In this document: positions 59,124-64,000 of the stretch, piece by piece
Numbering within the stretch: the first letter of the stretch is position 1
Layout of the letters: every line of letters begins with the position of its first letter
Source: Salinispira sp.
Lineage (GTDB): Bacteria; Spirochaetota; Spirochaetia; DSM-27196; Salinispiraceae
Direction of reading: 5' to 3'
DNA: 64,000 bases
Assembly (NCBI GenBank): GCA_965602015.1
Contig: OZ271918.1
Span: forward strand, 736,001 to 800,000
The notes under the pieces: model-generated
What the model was told of the DNA's origin: nothing
The model's database searches: none
Seen by the model: only the letters and a program-made list of their open reading frames with translations
Translations under genes and position numbers: made by a program

Positions 59124-59167
59124 ATTGCCACAGTCCCCCTCATCATGCTAAAAATCCTCGTCTGAAA

Positions 59168-59211
59168 TGTTAGTATCGTGTTAGTATTCCGTTAGCATTC
59201 TGTTAGACACG
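59168..59211. promoter_or_regulatory. Four 11-bp direct repeats (Pho-box-like)
   Basis: TGTTAGTATCG / TGTTAGTATTC / CGTTAGCATTC / TGTTAGACACG, upstream of a Na/Pi cotransporter. Confidence 0.7.
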
Positions 59212-59249
59212 CGTACCACAAACCTATCTGCATTTCACAGGAGTGACCG

Positions 59250-60959
59250 GTGAACATCATCTCTCAAATCTGGCAGGTTATCGGCCAGATCCTCCGAATC
59301 GTCGGCGGCCTCGGGGTCTTTATATTCGGCATGAAAGTTCTCAGCGACGGCCTGCAGAAAGCCGCCGGCAGCCGAATGCAGTCGATTTTGGACAAGATGA
59401 CCGAGAAACCCGTCTCGGCCATCGGCACGGGAATCGCAGTAACCAGCATGCTTCAAAGCTCTTCGGCGACCACGGTGATGGTAGTGTCGGTGGTAAACGC
59501 CGGTCTGTTGAGCCTGACCGGAGCCATCGGCGTCATCATGGGGGCAAATATCGGCACCACCTTAACGGCCTGGATTGTTTCAGCCCTCGGTTTTAAGGTG
59601 TCGGTAAGCGCGTTTGCCCTGCCGGTTATCGCAATGGGTCTGCCGATGCTTATCAACAGCCGCAGCAGGCACAAAGGCCTTGCAGAAGCCCTGGTCGGTT
59701 TTGGTATCCTGTTCATCGGCCTGGGATTCCTTAAGGAATACATGGCCACCGACGCCATGAAGGACTTCATCCAGACCGTTATCAGCAGCATTAATCTGGA
59801 TGCATACATCCTGCGTTTTCCGGTTTTTGTTCTCATCGGCACAATTCTGACCGTGCTGGTTCAATCATCCTCCGCTGCCATGACCATTACCTTGACCCTC
59901 ATCAGCATTGGGGCGCTCAACTTTGAACAGGGCGCGCTTATCGTGTTGGGAGAAAATATCGGGACGACAATCACCGCTTATTTGGCATCCCTTGGTGGAA
60001 ATATCCACGCCAAGCGCGCGTCCCGGGTGCATATTCTGTTCAACCTTTTTGGCGTCGCCTGGATGTTCGTGGCCTTTACGGGCTTCGCCTTGCTTGTTCG
60101 CCGGATAATTCCCGACGGCAGCGTTCTGTTCGGCAATGAAAACTATCTGCTGTTCCAGCTGGCGCTGTTCCACAGCCTGTTCAACATAACCAACACCTTC
60201 ATCCTCGCATGGTTTATCCCCCAGCTCGAATGGGCTGCGGGAAAAATGGTCAAGGATCAGCTCGGCCAGAGCGAGATATCCCTGCGCATGCTCTCCCAGG
60301 GATACCAGGAAATCAGCGAGGCGTATCTTTTCGAAGCGCAGAAGTACAGCGACAAGCTATTCGAGCGGGTGGGCAGCATGCTCGCAAATTTCAGAAATCT
60401 TCTGGAAAGCGGGCATATTCCCGCCGGAGAATTCTACGAAAATCAGCTGGCAATAGAAGCGGAAGTTGATGTTCTCGAAGGAGAACTCTCGGAATTTCTG
60501 TCAGAGCTTTCGGGAAAGGATCTTTCCCCTGCCCACCACAGCGAAGTGGGCATAATGACCCGCAGCGTAGGCGAGCTCGAGCGCATCGGCGATGAAATGC
60601 TCCGCATTTCCAAGGTCTGGAAGAAGATGGCAAAGCGGAATTTCGATCTGCCTCCGGAACAGGCAGCGGCTCTCAGGGAAATGGTACTCCAGCTCGAGGA
60701 AATGCACCGCCAAAGTGCGGCGGTTCTCCGGGAGAGGAAGGTTAGCCCGTCCCGGGCCACTGTCTCAGCCTTGCAGAAAAATCTCATAAAGAGCCACAAG
60801 GGTTCTTACAAAGGCCTGCGCACCCGCCTCGAAGCAGGGGGCAACGTTCGCCTTGAACTCATGCTCATGGATATTCTTAACGCCATCGGAGAGATCCGCG
60901 ACCTGTTTGTCGATATAGTAGAGTTTGATCAGGAAAGCCGCAGCACCGAGCCGGCGTGA
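59250..60959 (+). CDS. Na+/phosphate cotransporter with a C-terminal PhoU-like domain
   Basis: Two QSSSA repeats with GANIGTT/GENIGTT; ELERIGD in the helical C-terminus. Confidence 0.93.
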   Translation: MNIISQIWQVIGQILRIVGGLGVFIFGMKVLSDGLQKAAGSRMQSILDKMTEKPVSAIGTGIAVTSMLQSSSATTVMVVSVVNAGLLSLTGAIGVIMGANIGTTLTAWIVSALGFKVSVSAFALPVIAMGLPMLINSRSRHKGLAEALVGFGILFIGLGFLKEYMATDAMKDFIQTVISSINLDAYILRFPVFVLIGTILTVLVQSSSAAMTITLTLISIGALNFEQGALIVLGENIGTTITAYLASLGGNIHAKRASRVHILFNLFGVAWMFVAFTGFALLVRRIIPDGSVLFGNENYLLFQLALFHSLFNITNTFILAWFIPQLEWAAGKMVKDQLGQSEISLRMLSQGYQEISEAYLFEAQKYSDKLFERVGSMLANFRNLLESGHIPAGEFYENQLAIEAEVDVLEGELSEFLSELSGKDLSPAHHSEVGIMTRSVGELERIGDEMLRISKVWKKMAKRNFDLPPEQAAALREMVLQLEEMHRQSAAVLRERKVSPSRATVSALQKNLIKSHKGSYKGLRTRLEAGGNVRLELMLMDILNAIGEIRDLFVDIVEFDQESRSTEPA

Positions 60960-61184
60960 TGAGGAAATTCCTTGTTCTGTGAGACGCCGGGACAACAAGG
61001 CGGGTGGGTACCGGCGCAGATCACTGAACTCAATCAGTGATTTCCCGCATGTGGCAGCCGCTGCTGTTTTCTGGCCTCCTTTCCCCCGAGAAGCAACACG
61101 CTACGTCCATTTTTTTATGGATTTCTGTTTACGGTATCGCAGTCCGGTAAAAATGAGTTATGCTTAAGAAGCGGGCTGATTATA

Positions 61185-62999
61185 ATGCAATTTTCAAAAA
61201 CCAAAACCCTATTACTCGTTGAAGACGAGCCCATTATCGCGCTTTCTGAGAAAACTTCCCTCGTTACATACGGTTATGATGTGGTCATAGCCGCTAGCGG
61301 CGAGAAGGCAATTGATGCGGTGGATTCTAATCCGGAAATCTCCTTGATCCTCATGGATATCGATCTGGGAAAGGGCATGGACGGTACCGAGTCGGCGGCC
61401 ATCATCCTCAGTCGCCATGATATCCCGATTGTTTTCTTATCGAGCCACAGCGAGCGGGACATCGTTGAGAAAACGGAGCGGATTACATCCTATGGATATG
61501 TTGTCAAGAACTCATCAATAACGGTCCTTGACGCGTCAATCAAGATGGCCTTTAAGTTATTCGACGCATCAGTAAAAAAGCAGGAGAAAGAAGCTGCTCT
61601 GAGGAAGAACGAAGAGATGATGCGCAACTCCGAAACCTTGGCGCATATATGTTCATATTCAACTAATCTCGTTGAGACCGATATCGATAAAAGCGCATGG
61701 GTCTGCTCACCTAATTTCTACAACGTCTTTGGTATCGATGAATCGTATCCCCACACCATCGCCGGCTGGTCGGCCTTCCTGCACCCGGACTTTCGTGAGG
61801 ATACCTATTCATACCATGAGCAGGTGGTGCGGGAACGAACAACCTTCGATCGTGAGTACAAGATTATCCGCATCAACGATGGTGCGGAGCGCTGGGTGCA
61901 CGGTACCGGCAAGCTAGAATTCGATGAAGATGGAAAACCGATACGGATGCACGGCGCAATCCAGGACATTACCGAACGGAAAGAAGTGGAAGAACATCTT
62001 GTGCGGACAAAACGGCTGCTTTCCGAGTCCGAGCAGGTCGGGAAAGTCGGAGGATGGGAACTGAGCATAGATTCCAATGAATTGAGCTGGACCGATGAGA
62101 CCTATCGGATTCACGAGGTCGACCTTCAGTTTGATCTCTCTCCGGAAAAATCTGCGAGCTTCTATACGGAGAAATCGAGGCCACTCATCGAAAATGCGGT
62201 GAGGGAGGCAATCGAGTTTGAAAAACCTTTTGATTTGGAACTTGATATAATTACCGCCAAAGGTAATCTGCGCCATGTTCATGCAATCGGAAAACCTGAC
62301 CCTGATAATCGCAGAGTATTCGGATTTTTCCAGGATATTACCTACCGTAAATCAGTTGAAAAGGAAATCAAGCGTCAGTTATCGGAAAAAGAAACCTTGC
62401 TGAAAGAGGTTCATCACCGAATCAAGAATAACATAGCTTCGATTGAAGCATTGCTGGTAATGCAAGCCGAGGAGGTGGCGAACGCTGAGGCGGAAAAGTC
62501 GCTTAAGCTCGCGATCTCTCGCGTGCAGGGAGTGAGAGTTCTCTATGAAAAGTTGCTGGTGGATCAGCGCTATGAAGCAGTTTCAATCAGAAGTTATATC
62601 GATGAGCTGCTAAACTCATTAGTTAGCATATATCCCGAGCACACCGATATTTGTGTTGAAAAGAATATTACCGAGGTAAACCTAAGCTCCGGTAAGGCCG
62701 TTTTAATAGGAATTATTATTAATGAGCTGGTCACAAACATCCTCAAGCATGCGTTTAACGGCGTACCATCCAAACATGTACGAATCGATTTTAATCACGG
62801 ACATGAAGGTACTGTACTGATGATTCAAGATGACGGAGTGGGATACTCAGAGGAAGCCTCAAAAAACGATTCCTCAGGCTTCGGACTCACTATCGTCAAA
62901 ATGCTCGCCGAACAGCTGTCAGGCACCTTCAGCATTACAACCGACCGCGGAACGATATTTACGATAGTTTTTGATGATCTGATCGATGGCTCACAGTGA
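61185..62999 (+). CDS. REC-PAS-PAS histidine kinase (HisKA_2 type)
   Basis: LLVEDE, LMDIDL; PAC motifs (GAIQDITERK, FFQDITYRK); KEVHHRIKNN, NELVTN.LKH, DDGVG and GFGL. Confidence 0.92.
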   Translation: MQFSKTKTLLLVEDEPIIALSEKTSLVTYGYDVVIAASGEKAIDAVDSNPEISLILMDIDLGKGMDGTESAAIILSRHDIPIVFLSSHSERDIVEKTERITSYGYVVKNSSITVLDASIKMAFKLFDASVKKQEKEAALRKNEEMMRNSETLAHICSYSTNLVETDIDKSAWVCSPNFYNVFGIDESYPHTIAGWSAFLHPDFREDTYSYHEQVVRERTTFDREYKIIRINDGAERWVHGTGKLEFDEDGKPIRMHGAIQDITERKEVEEHLVRTKRLLSESEQVGKVGGWELSIDSNELSWTDETYRIHEVDLQFDLSPEKSASFYTEKSRPLIENAVREAIEFEKPFDLELDIITAKGNLRHVHAIGKPDPDNRRVFGFFQDITYRKSVEKEIKRQLSEKETLLKEVHHRIKNNIASIEALLVMQAEEVANAEAEKSLKLAISRVQGVRVLYEKLLVDQRYEAVSIRSYIDELLNSLVSIYPEHTDICVEKNITEVNLSSGKAVLIGIIINELVTNILKHAFNGVPSKHVRIDFNHGHEGTVLMIQDDGVGYSEEASKNDSSGFGLTIVKMLAEQLSGTFSITTDRGTIFTIVFDDLIDGSQ

Positions 63000-63142
63000 A
63001 AGTAGATATAGTTTTTAACCCTCATAAAGCGGAAATCTCGGTCTTTGTTTGATTGACATCCCGGAGCCGGATCCATACTGCAAGGTGCAAACCGACCACG
63101 CCTTGGCCGCTCCGGCTGCCGATACCGGCAGCTCCGTGAAGT

Positions 63143-63922
63143 CTAAATCAGCGTAACCCCTGCTTTTTTCATAATTCTCTCAAACCGGTTGTCTAAGCAG
63201 ACTCCCAAATCAGTGGTGATAAACCGGCCATTATAGTAGAGGGAAAAGATAGTAGCTGGAGTGGGCGCATTTTGTGCCTGATTACGGCTCTCCAATTTGT
63301 GAATTGTAAGCGATAGTCCACGGTTTTTAGCTGTTTGGGGCAGGGTGTCAGTTATATAGTATTCTGTGAAGGGACAGCGGTTAGAAAAATATACCACTAA
63401 CCCATCCTTTTCGTCGCAACCGCCTGATTTAACCTGAGCTGGGAAGCGGGGAGGGCTATCATTCGTAACCAATTCTAAGGCCAAGAGGCTGAAGCCGTCG
63501 GGGCTACGGTCGGCTTCATAAAACCCCTGTTTCAAGAGAAATTTTCCGTCACTCATAAAATGAAACTTTTTGGTGCCCACCACGGCCACTAAGCCCTTTT
63601 TATTCTGCGCCTGAGCGGCCTCCTTGGCCAGATGTAATAATGCCTTTCCGTGGCCCTGTCCTTTATATTTGCCAGAAACCCAAAAACAGCCCAGCATGAG
63701 ATAATCGGGGGCAGATACCGGTATCCAGGACTCCTCGGCGGGGCCATATTCAATAAAAACTTTCGCCCGTTCGTTCAAGCGTTGAAAACGGAAACCGCGG
63801 TGGTATTGATCAATAAGCCAACGCTTTTTTAAGCCGTAACCCTCAGAGCATTTCTTGTCGCTGATGGCACAGCAAATGTGCTCGTTCATAACCGACTTCG
63901 GATCAAGAGTAAGATAGGTCAT
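63143..63922 (-). CDS. GNAT N-acetyltransferase with a C-terminal YoaP-like domain
   Basis: EHICCAISDKK, CFWVSGKYKGQGHG (acetyl-CoA motif), RCPFT and AQNAPTP. Confidence 0.88.
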   Translation of the reverse strand: MTYLTLDPKSVMNEHICCAISDKKCSEGYGLKKRWLIDQYHRGFRFQRLNERAKVFIEYGPAEESWIPVSAPDYLMLGCFWVSGKYKGQGHGKALLHLAKEAAQAQNKKGLVAVVGTKKFHFMSDGKFLLKQGFYEADRSPDGFSLLALELVTNDSPPRFPAQVKSGGCDEKDGLVVYFSNRCPFTEYYITDTLPQTAKNRGLSLTIHKLESRNQAQNAPTPATIFSLYYNGRFITTDLGVCLDNRFERIMKKAGVTLI

Positions 63923-64000
63923 AACGGTTCTCCATGATTGATATGTGCATAAGCATACCCCAATCAAAAATAGCCGAATCTTCATCGAGCACTTGAGCTG

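Noticed and set aside
60960..61184. Short hairpin ATCACTGA/TCAGTGAT and small ORF 60925-61167
   Set aside because: There is no U-tract or known RNA motif, and the ORF overlaps the cotransporter end and lacks coding hallmarks.

Overview
Gene-dense, GC-rich bacterial chromosomal window, probably from a free-living spirochaete (inferred from ABC binding proteins with 'FAGGGAE'/'LGAAGSGE'-type N-termini and a REC domain ending 'VVKN'). I found no rRNA, tRNA, CRISPR array or transposase. Left arm: a carboxyspermidine-route polyamine operon (speA, carboxy(nor)spermidine dehydrogenase, nspC, speB) flanked by PilZ and HDOD genes, a GAF-PAS adenylate cyclase with a HEAT-repeat partner, and housekeeping genes (rph, hisI, prs, GH13, ppaC, aspartate kinase, oxyR). 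Centre and right arm: an arginine/ornithine catabolic region with cyanophycinase, a hybrid two-component sensor, an Opp transporter, a divergent TrmB-family regulator, carbamate kinase and the B12-dependent ornithine cluster ord-oraS-oraE-(reactivase)-orr. The strongest unexplained signal is an 18-bp pseudo-palindrome, TTACTACT-N3-AWAGTAA, seen three times: in the cphB/trmB intergenic region and directly downstream of the -10 boxes of arcC and ord. This suggests an undescribed TrmB regulon for cyanophycin/arginine/ornithine fermentation. Other notable items are an ornithine racemase fused to an arginase-like domain that lacks metal ligands, a circularly permuted ROK-like protein, a degenerate Fe-S serine dehydratase, a collagen-like lipoprotein next to a glycosyltransferase-like gene, two modular lipoprotein paralogues, a 4x11-bp Pho-box-like array, and two reading-frame lesions (an amber codon in the sensor and a frameshift in oppD). 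All calls come from motif recognition by eye; no database search was run.
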